Assembly (NCBI GenBank): GCA_951406725.2 | Contig: OX597814.1 | Span: forward strand, 49,166,001-49,230,000 | Length of the DNA stretch: 64,000 nt | Source of the DNA: Octopus vulgaris | Taxonomy: Eukaryota | Reading direction: 5' to 3' | In this document: piece by piece, positions 1-11,645 of the stretch | Numbering within the stretch: the stretch's first letter is position 1 | Layout: every line of letters begins with the position of its first letter | Notes under the pieces: generated by a model | Databases searched by the model: none | Seen by the model: only the letters and a program-made list of their open reading frames with translations | What the model was told of the DNA's origin: nothing | Position numbers and translations under genes: made by a program

Positions 1-1280
1 ATAGTCCGTTCATCAGCTGTCGACTGTATATCGCTGTCAACAGTATCATTCCCTCCAGTTATCCGAAGCATCTTGTTTCTTTGGGCCCACACTCGAGCGC
101 GGCTTTCCCCTGTTTTGTCTAATCAGGCAACACACCAAACCGAGTGCAACTGTAACCATCTAATCATGCAGCAGCTAATTTGTTTTACCGCTCGCTGAGT
201 ATTTGTTCTTTACTCATATATTTGATCTTTCAGATTTCGCTGGCACGCCCGTGATGAAGCATATTTTATTTCATATTCCATTTCATTCTCCAGTTCACGA
301 ATTAGTGCTCTGCTTTCCTTCTTCAGTGCAATGTCAGCCAAGTAGGACACAATGGATTTAACTACAGGTTCGCGACAGCCCGCCGCACTGGAAACACTAC
401 ACGTTGCTATCCGCCTACCCAATGTGGTCACCAAAATTTATATTTTAACCCTTCGCCAGACACCTTCAACTCAAAATTGCAGTTATTTTCTGCCAGGTCA
501 GACCATGTCAATCAGGTCAAGTCTCGTTATTGCAGTATGGCTAGGGAACACGAACGCTTCCTTCAAATTCACTCACAGCTTCAGTCATTAGCACTATGCA
601 AAGATCTGGGTTTCAGTTTTCCTTTCTTTACGTTTCTGCGTTGTCTTTTTCAGTGTTGATATTCATTGCAATGGGCTGTTACATGATGTTTTAGTGCATC
701 AGCAAAGAGTTCCTACACTTGGTTATGCTGCCTGGCATATGCTACATGAACATGTAGAACTTGCTCCAGAATATATTCCAACGATGCATAACCTCCGCGC
801 CAAGGAGAATCAGAAATGTCACTCCAGCCCCACCACCTTTTTAGTTGGAATCACAGCCAACCCACCTCTTCTCTCAGGATGACTTGCAATCTCGCTAGCT
901 CCATTTCCTACAATATACTCTGTCTCCCTTCTTGCCCATGCGCATTGGCTTCTTAAAACTACTACTTTAATCGCACGCTTCTCTTCTTTAATATAATGCG
1001 TTTTTTTCCCTCATATCTCACTTCTTCAATATAACATTTTTTACTCACATCTCGCCTGTTTGTTTCTCTGGCGGTATATCCATTTGTTCCGAATTCATCC
1101 CAGCTCAGCCTGTGTGTTCTACACCCCACCCATCACCTCTTTCATGTCCAGGGTGGTCTCTGCCACCTCAGCAGCTTTTCTCACGCTCTATTTCCTTTCA
1201 TAAACACTGGTCCGCACAACAGCGGAATCCACCAAATCCCGTAACATCACGTCGGGCTTTTGCTACTTTGAACCCCTTTA
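1..1280 (-). mobile_element. Highly decayed RTE-clade LINE relic
   Basis: ORF 210..434(-) VVKSIVSYLADIALKKESRALIRELENEM resembles the RTE post-RT segment (VRxxxLYGxETWALKKxDxRRLExxEM). Downstream minus-strand sequence reads GKPRSSVGPKK, like the RTE GRPKKTW motif. Many stops; boundaries uncertain. Confidence 0.45.
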
Positions 1281-1306
1281 ATGATTCTGTCAAATCATCA
1301 GCGCCT

Positions 1307-1980
1307 TACACGCGCGCGCGCGTATGTGTATGTGTGTGCGTGTACGTATATGCACACATACATTAATAGCAAACTGGAAGAATGAGTACTCAACACTGAA
1401 ATTTTTGTCACACACACACACACCCACACATAAACGCGCGCCAACATAGACACAAAAAGTGGGGGGGGGGTGACCCCCATACCTACTTTCTACCTGAAAA
1501 TCTATATAATTCATCCTTTTCTATTTCTTTGTACACTTAAATATCATACTAACCCCAGTATTACCCATAAAGCTTTGAACAAAATTTTTCGCATTATACT
1601 CGAGTATATTGCACTAAGCCCCCCACACACATTTATATACATATATGTATATATATGTTCGCTATGCATAGAGATACAAACGCACGCACACACACACACA
1701 CACACACAGAATAAGAGTTTTATCCATGTTAAGCGTAAGCTATAGTAACATTTTTTTAAATGTGTACTCTGTCCTTTACATATATTGATATTTGCTTCGA
1801 GATGTCTTGAACGATTGAAAGTACGCTATGAAAGTGCGTGTATGTGTGCGCGCGTGTCTGTGTGTGTGTATGTGTCTATGTTTCTGTATGTAATTTTGTA
1901 TGAGTGTACGTGTGTGTGCATGCGTACGTGCGTGCGTGCGTGCATGCGCGCTTATGTGGAGAGAAGTGTGTATATGTGTA
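1307..1980. repeat. Compound (CA)n/(TG)n/(TA)n/(GCGT)n microsatellite field
   Basis: Directly visible; accounts for the CVCV/HTHT pseudo-ORFs. Confidence 0.9.
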
Positions 1981-2823
1981 AATATTTTTTATTCAAAGTT
2001 GAAACGACGTGTTTTTGGGTACATGACAAAATACAAACAAAACGCGTGTGTTCAATGACGTACATGCTATATATTATCTCGATTAGTATTCAATAGCCCT
2101 TTTCCTCTAAAGATTTTTACATCTGTAGAGCAAATTCGTTGTCGACGTGAAGATAGCAGATTTTGTGACGTTCATCTTATTCGCTGACGCATTTGCGACG
2201 TCAGTCAATTGAACTGTGAACGAAGTAGGTATCGGCTAATTGTGTTGACCCTCAAAGAACTGGCATAAGGAAGTGTTTATGAGGAAAACTCTGATACACA
2301 TCGCTTCACATATCTTTGTGTTTATAATGATATACAAGAGAGATGTATATGACTGCAGCTATGTGAACGAAGAAAGTTTTAGTACATTAAGAATAAAACA
2401 TATCTATGGATGTGCATCAGATGTTTTATACGTGCAGTTATTATATGCATGTATATATAAGTGGTATATGGAGTTTTATATACAGACACAGATAAATAAC
2501 GTAAAGTTTTTTTATAAATATGTGTAAACAAGCATCTATGTATGTGTTTATGCCTGAACTTTGATTTATATATGTGTGGACCTTCATTTAAATATGTTTG
2601 CACATAAAAAATACTTACGCATGCATACGATTCACTTAGATGTACAAAAATATAAATATAATATGCATGTCTGAAAGTGTTCGTGCGAACATGTGCGAGA
2701 GAAGTTATACATTGTATTTAAAGGGTGTAAGAAGTGTGTAGGGCTTCATACATGCGCGTGTGTATATTATATACATGCGCGCGTGTATTATATATATATA
2801 GAGAGAGAGAGAGACGCATGCAT

Positions 2824-3115
2824 ATGGCTCCGGGTTCAGTCCCACTGCGTGTCTTCTTGGACATCAATGCCTTGTGAATAGATTTGGTAGACGGAAACTG
2901 AAAAAAGCCCGTCGTATATATATATGAGTATATGTTTGTGTGTTTGTGTTTGTCCCCCCCCCACCATCGCTTGACAACCGATGCTGGTGTGTCCCCGTAA
3001 CTTAGCAGTTCGGCAAAAGAGATCGATAGAATCAGTACTAAGCTTACAAAGAATAAGTCCTGAGGTGGTACTCCAGCATAGCCACAGTCGAATGGCTGAA
3101 ACAAGTAAAAGAATA
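2824..3115 (+). mobile_element. CORE-type tRNA-derived SINE (family A), 5'-truncated
   Basis: GGGTTCAGTCCCACTGCGTG B-box-like head remnant, GATTTGGTAGACGGAAACTGAA body, internal (TA)/(TG) tract and GAAACAAGTAAAAG tail, all shared with many copies in the window. Confidence 0.85.
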
Positions 3116-3186
3116 ACAGAATATATATACCGAGAGAAACAGTCAGAATGAAGGGGAGTAAATCCCGCATGACTATTTTGCCCACG

Positions 3187-3283
3187 GGCATATAGCGTAA
3201 TGGTTAAGAGCGCGGGCTACTAACCCCAAGTTGCGAGTGCAATACCAGGCAGTGCCATAAATAAATAAATAAATAAATAAATG

Positions 3284-3326
<43 letters not shown>
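3187..3326 (+). mobile_element. Short tRNA-like SINE head with (AAAT)n/(AAT)n tail
   Basis: GGGCATATAGCGTAATGGTTAAGAGCGCGGGCTACTAACCCC: A-box and anticodon-arm-like segment, degenerate T-arm, then simple repeats. Confidence 0.6.
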
Positions 3327-3328
<2 letters not shown>

Positions 3329-3343
3329 TCAGTCAAAAAAGAT

Positions 3344-3712
3344 AGGCGCAGGAGTGTGGTAAGTAGCTTCCTTACCAACCACATGGTTCCGAGTTCAGTC
3401 CCACTGCGTGACACCTTGAGCAAGTGTCTTCTTCTATAGCCTCGGGCCCGACCAAAGCTTCGTGAGTGGATTTGGTAGACGGAAACTGAAAGAAGCCCGT
3501 CGTATATATTTGTATGTATGTATGTATTTGTGTGTCTGTGTTTGTACCCCCCCCCCCCATCGCTTGACAACCGATGCTGGTGTGTTTACGTCCCCGTAAC
3601 CTAGTGGTTCGGCAAAAGGAACCGGTAGAAACAGTACTAAGGCTGGGGTCGATTTGCTCGACTAAAGGCGGTGCTCCAGCATGGCCGCAGTTAAATAACT
3701 GGAACAAATAAA
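3344..3712 (+). mobile_element. CORE-type SINE (family A), near full length
   Basis: tRNA-like head (TGTGGTAAG...GAGTTCAGTCCC), CCTTGAGCAAGTGTCTT core, internal microsatellite and family tail; CpGs largely retained. Confidence 0.88.
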
Positions 3713-4096
3713 ATATATGTACTTATATATATATATATACATATATATATAATACATATATGAGTATATATCCACGTCTGATATATGAAGTGTCTGTGTG
3801 TGTATGTGTGTGTGTGAAATTCCCAAGATATATATATATATACATATATAATTAAAAAATGAGGGAATATTTTATATATATATATATTGTATAAATATAA
3901 ATATATATATATATGTGCATGCACTGAGAACGAGTATGGTGAGAGTCTGCTTTTCATTGTAGGTCTAAATACACTTAAGTTCGCTTGCCATAATGTAACA
4001 AGTGTTGATGTTGCTGAACACATTGCCCTTGTGAGTAAGACGGGTTACTTTACTGGTTCCCACCCCACCGCACATCTCACCTCCCTCCTCCGAAAC

Positions 4097-4149
4097 GATA
4101 AGGTGTTGCCATTGGTCGTTCTTGGAGAGGCGGGGCGATTCTATAAAAG
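4097..4149 (+). promoter_or_regulatory. Putative Pol II core promoter of the ADAMTS-like gene
   Basis: GATAAG (4097-4102), inverted CCAAT (ATTGG 4111-4115), GC box GGCGGGG (4129-4135) and TATAAAAG (4142-4149), about 110 bp before a Kozak ATG in non-repetitive, CpG-containing DNA. Predicted TSS ~4170-4180. Confidence 0.6.
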
Positions 4150-4261
4150 TTAGCCTTGTTAGCTGGCTTGAAACTTAATCAGGGAAGGCCGACTGTGGTT
4201 GTTCGTGGAACGGTGTGTGCCAGAGTTCTCAGTGGGGTTTCAATCTCGCTGTTGACCGACC

Positions 4262-4361
4262 ATGCGGTCTGTGATGGTGGCATTTCTAATGCACTTCTGC
4301 AGTAGCATGATGCGATCGTATGAAGCATTCGGCCAATCCACTGACCATACTTATCCACAAG
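4262..4361 (+). CDS. ADAMTS-like metalloprotease, coding exon 1 (probable signal peptide)
   Basis: ccgACCATG Kozak context with in-frame upstream TGA (4253-4255). Encodes MRSVMVAFLMHFCSSMMRSYEAFGQSTDHTYPQ plus one G, ending at donor G|GTTTGT (phase 1), which matches the phase-1 acceptor of the next exon (G+AT=Asp). A-F-G|Q fits a signal peptidase site. Too short to appear in the ORF track. Confidence 0.7.
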
Positions 4362-4823
4362 GTTTGTTCATTTAAATTGATTTTCCGAAATACCACCGAT
4401 TTACATAACGGACATATCGGACCAATTTTTGATTCGTTGGAGCGACCATGGATTTCGATACTTAATCGCGCGCACAACAAATACAGATTACACACGCTCA
4501 TACACACACGCGCACGCACGCACACACAAACACAGACACACACACACACACACATACACACACACACTCACACAAACACACGCACAAAGTGTCTGCATAT
4601 TCTTCAGATAAGTTTCCATCTATAGTGACCATGGCTTTGTCTGACTGTACGTGTGTGGTGTGCGTGCATATGTATATGTGTTTGTATACATACATTCATA
4701 TGCATGTATGAATGTATGTATGTATGCATGCATGCATGTATGTATACATGCATACATGCATGCATGTATATATGTATGTACGCATCAACACAGTTTATAT
4801 CTATATTTTTCTCTTATTCTCAG

Positions 4824-5173
4824 ATATGGATGTTGTCAATGGATTACCTGATTTTGCGGTTGTCTTCCCCGCTCTAGTGAATACAAGCAGACCGGGAAGA
4901 AACGTCGGTGAAACAGAAAACCACTTTAAAGAAAGGAATTCGATTTTCCGATGGAGACCAAGTGTTGCTTATAAAATTTTAGTACACAATCGGACGTTAA
5001 TTTTCAATTTGGAATTACATTCGGATTTTATTTCACCCTTTTTAGTAGTAAAACATCTGAACGCTAGTACGAGGAAATTTCGCTCACCTTCGACTGGCCT
5101 TAATTGTTTTTACCAGGGAACTATTAATAATGTCCTGGAAAACACGGTCTCCGTTAGTCTGTGCAATGGAATG
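4824..5173 (+). CDS. ADAMTS-like metalloprotease, exon 2: reprolysin/M12B propeptide (ADAMTS9/20/GON-1-like)
   Basis: Polypyrimidine tract + CAG acceptor (4821-4823) and ATG|GTAAGT donor (5174). Reads DMDVVNGLPDFAVVFP...YKILVHNRTLIFNLELHSDFISP...CFYQGTINNVLENTVSVSLCNGM, with the CFYxG...VSLCxGM prodomain signature and a phase-0 intron after CxGM, as in several ADAMTS genes. Confidence 0.9.
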
Positions 5174-5945
5174 GTAAGTTGATGATATTCTCTTTCTTTT
5201 TTTCTTTTTAAACTTTTTATTAGTTCATCATTAAACCTTTCGATTAATAAGTTGTCAAATGGTATTTAGACAGGGTCTGGCGATCTGTCAGGAAACAATC
5301 TCTGTTTTGAAAAAGTTTCATTGCTTTGATATCGATTCTGCGAGAGAGATCCGTAAGAGTACTATTAAGAGTGTTTCGGAACTGAACGTTTCGTTCGATT
5401 TGAAGTTTTTCCCCTTGTTTTTCGGCTTCCCCGCCACTTTCCAGTTTCCCTTTTTTTTTTTTCTGAATTTTGAATAATTTTTGGTCCAGCTTGGTTATGA
5501 GTGCATGTATGCATGCATATGTGAGTGTAATAATGCACTATATTGTGAACGCATGTATTGTAGATATGAGAGAGAAGTGTGTATGCCTCTTTGTGAGTTT
5601 GTTTGTGTGTTTGTGTGTGTGTGTGTGTGAGAGAGAGAGAGTAGTATATAAAGAAGAACTGTGAGAATATTTAAAAACATTGTTTTTTTCTTTCTGTCAG
5701 GTGTTCACGATAATAGCGCACTCTGAACAAACACCGCATGTTTTGTTGGGTTTTGTAGAATTAAAATTTACCGTAGAATTTTATTAGATTTTATTTTGGT
5801 CAGATATTTTATATCTCGCTGAAACCATGAAGTGCTGACTTGATTTCTGTCATTTACATAATTTCTGATTTTATATAATCTCCACTTCATATACATAAAT
5901 GTACGTGTGTTTATATTTTCTCTGTTCAACCACTTTATCTGATGA

Positions 5946-6329
5946 CTAGCAGTATCGCCCGGCGTTGCTCAGGTTTGTAAGGGAAATAACTATAAAGCAT
6001 TTTTAGAGAGTTATAGCCAAAAAATAGCAAAAAAATGGAAAAAAATGATGGTAAATTTTTTTTGAGATTTAAAAAAGGTGGAGTTGCATCCCCTAGACAG
6101 TTTGTGGTTCGTGTTTCTGATTCTCGACCCCATGTCGAATTTATCGATTTTTTTCAGAACTGGGGGAACTTTTCAAAATTTTCGCTGCGTTAGTTTTGAA
6201 TTATGACATTGGGCTATGTGTGTGTCAAGTTTCATCAGAATCGGTTGAAAGCCGTGGTCAGGGTGAGGGTACGAGAAAACAGACACACAGAAACACGCAC
6301 AGACAAACTGCCGTTTATATATAGAGAGA
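5946..6329 (-). mobile_element. Non-autonomous Helitron, complete ends
   Basis: Minus strand reads A|TCTCTCTATATATAAA...GC-rich subterminal hairpin CCTGAGCAACGCCGGG...CTAG|T. TC/CTAG termini in an A|T target with no TSD. Confidence 0.8.
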
Positions 6330-8400
6330 TTATCACATTCGCGTGCGCGCAAGCACACGCGCACACAAACACACACACACATTGGAATAAGATCCAAGAA
6401 TTTTTTATCATTCTAGACTTAAATTCTATTTATATTTATTAGCTAAAATAGAAAACGCTTCATTATCAAAGAACACAGGTGCACAACAATTGTTGCTGTC
6501 TGTGGCATTTACACCTACACACGTACGTACACACACACACACACGCAAACTCTGTGTGTGTGTGTGTGTGTGTGAATAATGTACACTTTCCTATGAAAAG
6601 GAAACACGGAAAGTAAAAGATACCTTTTTACCGATCACATTCCATATATTTTAAACATAGCAATATATTTCAATACATTAAAAGGATGCTATAAAAAAAA
6701 CTTGCATGTGTGAGATAAGAACTTTTACTTTCAGAACCATTTATTATTTTTTGCGAATATCAACTCCGTTCTGCGGTAAAATGGTAATTTTTCGAGTGTT
6801 CTTGTGCTCCGAATAAAGTTTCTGTAGAACACGGCCGTGTTCTATAGAAACGAATAATCAACAGAAGTCACCAGTTTAATTTTCTCTGATATCAATAATA
6901 TTTATTACCTGAAATAGATTGAATGGAACTGGGTTTTAAATAAAAAAAGAAAAGAAAAGAAACTCGGTTATTTTGTGGCTTGCACTCGGTCTAGTTGAAA
7001 ACCTTGGTGTCAACTATAGACGTCTGACCCTGATAAAACCTAATTAACGTAATATGTTGGCATGCAACAGGTTCCTCTGCTTCAGAAAAGATCTGCTACT
7101 TCTATATACTCATGTTGAAATGTTAACCCCTAATTTTATTCATTTATTTATTTATCTAGTTATCTGTAGATGTATTTGCCAAGAACAAAGTAATATTGTA
7201 CTCGGCGTGACTGCTCCATTTTCTTCAGAATTTCTGCTGTCTACGCATTCGACTGTTCAACAAAGCAATCAGTCAAGTTCCTTTTTCTATCGTTGTCTTT
7301 CTTTCTTCCTTTCTTTTTACTGAAAACCATTGCTGAATAAGTGTTTTATTTATTCCTCTAGCAAGAGACTAGTAAAAGAGTGGTTGGGAGAGAGAGAGAG
7401 AAAGGGAGTTAGTTCCGGCACATATAGTAGAAGTGGAGATAGATACCATCAATGCCATCTAATTTCGATATTCTAAGTTTTTCTTATTATCCTGTCGAAT
7501 TACACAATTAGCATATTTCAGTTCTCCTTCTTACTCAGCGTTTTACTCCAACTCTTCAATTCTAAAAATATATAAAATATAAATATACCACCACCACCAC
7601 TTAATCGGACACTTAGCGCATCTGACAATGTGAATTCTTCAAAGTAAAGAAAGTTTACTGCCCGTACTTAGTCACTTAGTCAACTAACATCCTGAGTGTG
7701 TGTGTATATGTAAGAAGCTGACTAATATGTTTTTTTATTTTATTTTATAAAACATACACATCTATATATTTATGTTAGTAAGTCTAAGCAAGCAACTACT
7801 GTACTGAATCCAGATAGACACACACGGCAAATATAATACGTTCACCTAAAAACGCATTCGTCAGCTTTTCAAGATAGTGTGTGAGTGCGTCCGTGTGTTC
7901 ATAAGGGTAAAGTTAACCACAACATTCTTACTTACTGTGAGGGTCTTCCTGAAAATAACTTCTAAATGTTAAATAACATCGATATGAAATGCGTTTATTT
8001 TCTAGTATGCATATATATTCAAAAGAAAATAATCCAAACAGGAGTAGTTCAAACTGGAAAAAAGAAACAAAAAACTATATGACAATATGTATTCTCTTTT
8101 AGAATGAAATTTTGCCCAGTTATTTAATGAAAGTCATCATAGCAGAGTGAATAAGGACTTCAACTAAGAAATTATTTCTCAGTGAAAATGTTTTCTAATG
8201 CCTTAATCACACCAACTAAAAGCTAATAACAATTAAAATCCACACGCACACACGTACACACACATACCCCTTCTTACCGGCATGAATAGATGCCAAGTAG
8301 ATTAAGGTTAATTAATAAGAATTTTCAATTTTCATATTGATTAGGGTTTCTTTAGGTGCACCTGAGCTTGTGGTGCACCTGAGCACTGTATACAATAATT

Positions 8401-8401
<1 letters not shown>

Positions 8402-8474
<73 letters not shown>
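8402..8474. repeat. (ATT)n microsatellite, tail of a short retroposon fragment (8355-8401)
   Basis: Direct observation. Confidence 0.85.
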
Positions 8475-8809
8475 TTAAAATAGAATACTCCTTACGCCCC
8501 AACAAGCACGCACGCATATACTCAATAGAAATGTATACATACATGCATAATAGTTCAGGTTTTGAAGTATTCGCGGCTAACACGAAGTATAATCTGATTT
8601 TTAACAGCAGTGTTTAAGTACATTAGTTGCTCTGAAAGAAAACACTACCTTTCGCTCAGCTGTAAACTGTTTTGAAGGCAGAAGAATATTCTTTTTGAAT
8701 CCCAGTGATGTTGCAAAATGATTACAAACAATATAAAATCAGGTTTATTCCATAAATTCAGTAATGCATACAACATTTCTTCAAAATAAGGAAGTATTTA
8801 ATTCTTACT

Positions 8810-9241
8810 AGGTGCAGGTAGGACAGTATGGTTAGGAAACCTGCTTCGCAACTATGTGCTCTTGAATTTAATTACAATCTACAACATCTTGAGCAAGTTT
8901 CTTGTACAGTAGCACCAGGCTAACTAAGGCCTTGTGAGTGGATTTGATTGATAAGAAACTGTGCAAGTCCGTTGTGTGTGTGGTGCACCTGTGTGCATGC
9001 GTTTCTGTGTACTGCTGTCTAGACATCATATGACGGTTGTAAATGGACATCATCGCCACACAGGCGAGGCTGTTTCTAGTCTTCCATGAAAAAAATGTGT
9101 AGCTATGGGAAAATACTATCCTGCTTGGTAACAGGCAAGGGTTGGTGACTGGAAGGGCATCCGACCACAGAAAATCTGCCACAAGAAATTCCTTCTAACC
9201 CATGTAAGCTCGGAAAAGTGAATATTAACTAATGATGATGA
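8810..9241 (+). mobile_element. CORE-head SINE with RTE-type 3' tail
   Basis: Family A head and core, then a different distal module ending GGAAGGGCATCC...CCATG...GGAAAAGTG...(GAT)n, like the RTE 3' end at 55935-56060. Confidence 0.7.
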
Positions 9242-9368
9242 TATTAGAGTGTATTTTGTAGTCCCACGATATAATGGTGTAGTTGAATGTTTTCTAATTT
9301 AAAATTAAATTAGTGCTATCTTAAACTCTAGATATATCATTGCTGTAAGGAGAAACATTAATAAAAGT

Positions 9369-9788
9369 AAGGCGGCGAGCTGGTAGAATCGTATAGCACG
9401 CCGGGCGAAATGCTTAGCGGTATTTCGTCTGCTGCTACGTTCTGAGTTCAAATTCCGCCGAGGTCGACTTTGCCTTTCATCCTTTCGGAGTCGATTAAAT
9501 AAGTACCAGTTACGCACTGGGGTCGATGTAATCGACTTAATCCGTTTGTCTGTCCTTGTCTATCCCCTCTGTGTTTAGCCCCTTGTGGGTAGTAAAGAAA
9601 TAGGTATTTTGTCTGCCGTTACGTTCTGAGTTCAAATTCCGTCGAGGTCGACTTTGCCTTTTATCCTTCCAGGGTCGATAAATTAAGTACCAGTTACGCA
9701 CTGGGGATCCATGTATTCGACTTAATCCCTTTGTCTGTCCTTGTTTGTCCCCTCTATGTTTAGCCCCTTGTGGACAATAAAGAAATAA
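9369..9788 (+). mobile_element. Nin-domain tRNA-SINE (family B), dimeric, Tx1-like tail
   Basis: AAGGCGGCGAGCTGG head, GAGTTCAAATTCC B-box, GCCTTTCATCCTTTCGG.GTCGAT..A.TAAGTACC Nin-like domain. Second unit restarts at internal GGTATTT. TSD AGAAACATTAATAAAAG at 9351-9367 and 9789-9805. Confidence 0.88.
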
Positions 9789-10948
9789 GAAACATTAATA
9801 AAAGGAAATGATAAATTTTACTTACTGTTTTGTTAAATATTTAGTTTGAAGAAAGGCAGCACCACTAGCTTCTTTAGATCCTCCAAGAGTTGTATTGTTG
9901 AAGTGATGTACTTTATGATTTGCATCCAATTGTAAATTGTTTGCCTTGATAGATAATGCAAAGGTTACTGAAATCATGAAAATTTAATCAAACAAAGAAA
10001 AAAATTGCGACCTAGTATTAGAACTGGAAAATGAAGCTTTATAATTTCTGATTCAATGCGATAAAAATTGTATATCAAAGTAGTCTCTCCTTTCATTTCT
10101 GTGTCTGTTATAATTACTAAGTAGTGTATTGAAAGTAGTGGTCAGTTATGGTGGACATCTTCAATGAAGATACATGAAAAAAGAGTTGTTCTGTAAACTA
10201 ATTTAATTCAAGTAACTTAAAGGAAAACAAACAATTAACTGTGACAGTAATGATAGTTTCTTACATGAGGAAAAGGTCACATTATTAAGGAAAGATACAG
10301 TAAATGGTAAATTTTTTGAGTAACACCCGCTCTTAGAAAAAAAAATACTTGGATTTCTTGCATGGAATCAAGTACCTTGACCTAATATGCAGCAAATCCC
10401 TTATTTTGGTTTGGGAAAGTGTGGGCGAGAGGGACTCGCTTTTCCGAGCTTACATGGGTTAGAAGGAATTTGTTGTGGCAGATTTTCTATGGTCGGATGC
10501 CCTTCCAGTTACCAACCCTGACCTCCTAATATGTTGCAAATCCCTTATTTTGGTTCAGAAAGGGGGCGGCGGGGGGGGGGGAAGGTGGACTCCCTGCCCC
10601 CTTTTTTCCGAAACAAAATAAGGTTTTCTTAGTGAAAATTGTGCAGTGTTACTCAAAAAATTTACCCAGTAAATTATACTAACCCTAATACTCAACAGAT
10701 ACTTATTCATTTACCTTTGGAGGATGGAAGCCAAGTTTGTTCTTGATAAGATTAGAACTCAGAACATAACTGAATACAAAATCGTTTGGTGACCTTTGAT
10801 TCTATCAAAAGGCCATTCCATTGCAGGATTACCCATTTACGGGTGAGTGGACAGGAGCAATGTGAAATGAAGTGTTTTGCTTAAGAACACAATGCACTAC
10901 CTGATCTAGCAATTGAGTGCAACACCCCCAACCACTTAACCATGTGCC

Positions 10949-11025
<77 letters not shown>

Positions 11026-11027
<2 letters not shown>

Positions 11028-11645
11028 TCTTTACTCTTTTACTTGTTTCAGTCATTTGACTGCGGCCATGCTGGAGCACCGCCTTTAGTCGAGCAAATCA
11101 ACCCCGGGACTTATTCTTTGTAAGCCCAGTACTTATTCTATCGGTATCTTTTGCCGAACTGCTAAGTGACGGGGACGTAAACACACCAGCATCGGTTGTC
11201 AAGCAATGCCAGGGGGACAAACACAGGCACACAAACACACACATATATATATACATATACACATATATATATATACATATATACGACAGGCTTCTTTCAG
11301 TTTCTGTCTACCAAATCCACTCACAAGGCATTGGTCAGCCCGGGGCTATAGCAGAAGACACTTGCCCAAGATGCCACGCAGTGGGACGGAACCTGGAACC
11401 ATGTGGTTGGTTAGCAAGCTACTTACCACACAGCCACTCCTGCACCTATATATATATGTGCATATATATACACACACACATACCAACTTATGCAATGGTT
11501 TCTATTTGGTTTCCATCTACCAAAATCCACAACAAAGCTTTGTTTGTCCCAAGGCTATAGTACAAGACACTTGCCCAAGGTGTCACATAGTGAAACTATA
11601 GCTGCAAACATGTGGTTGGGAAGTAAACTTCTTACACCATGGCCA
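11026..11645 (-). mobile_element. CORE-type SINE (family A), full copy plus a partial second head
   Basis: Reverse complement of the 3344-3712 family; adjacent to the (CA)n(TA)n tract at 10951-11025. Confidence 0.85.

Noticed and set aside
3187-3258. tRNA gene
   Set aside because: T-arm/B-box is degenerate, the anticodon stem is imperfect, and it runs into a simple-repeat tail; treated as a SINE head.
1112-4877. Many 60-160 aa ORFs rich in CV/HT/YI (and poly-I/N ORFs at 19556-19862 and 48492-48885)
   Set aside because: These are translations of microsatellites and SINEs.
7715-7868. 20-bp imperfect inverted repeat (AAGCTGAC.AAT..GTTTTT)
   Set aside because: No TSD or second copy is visible; too weak to call a MITE.
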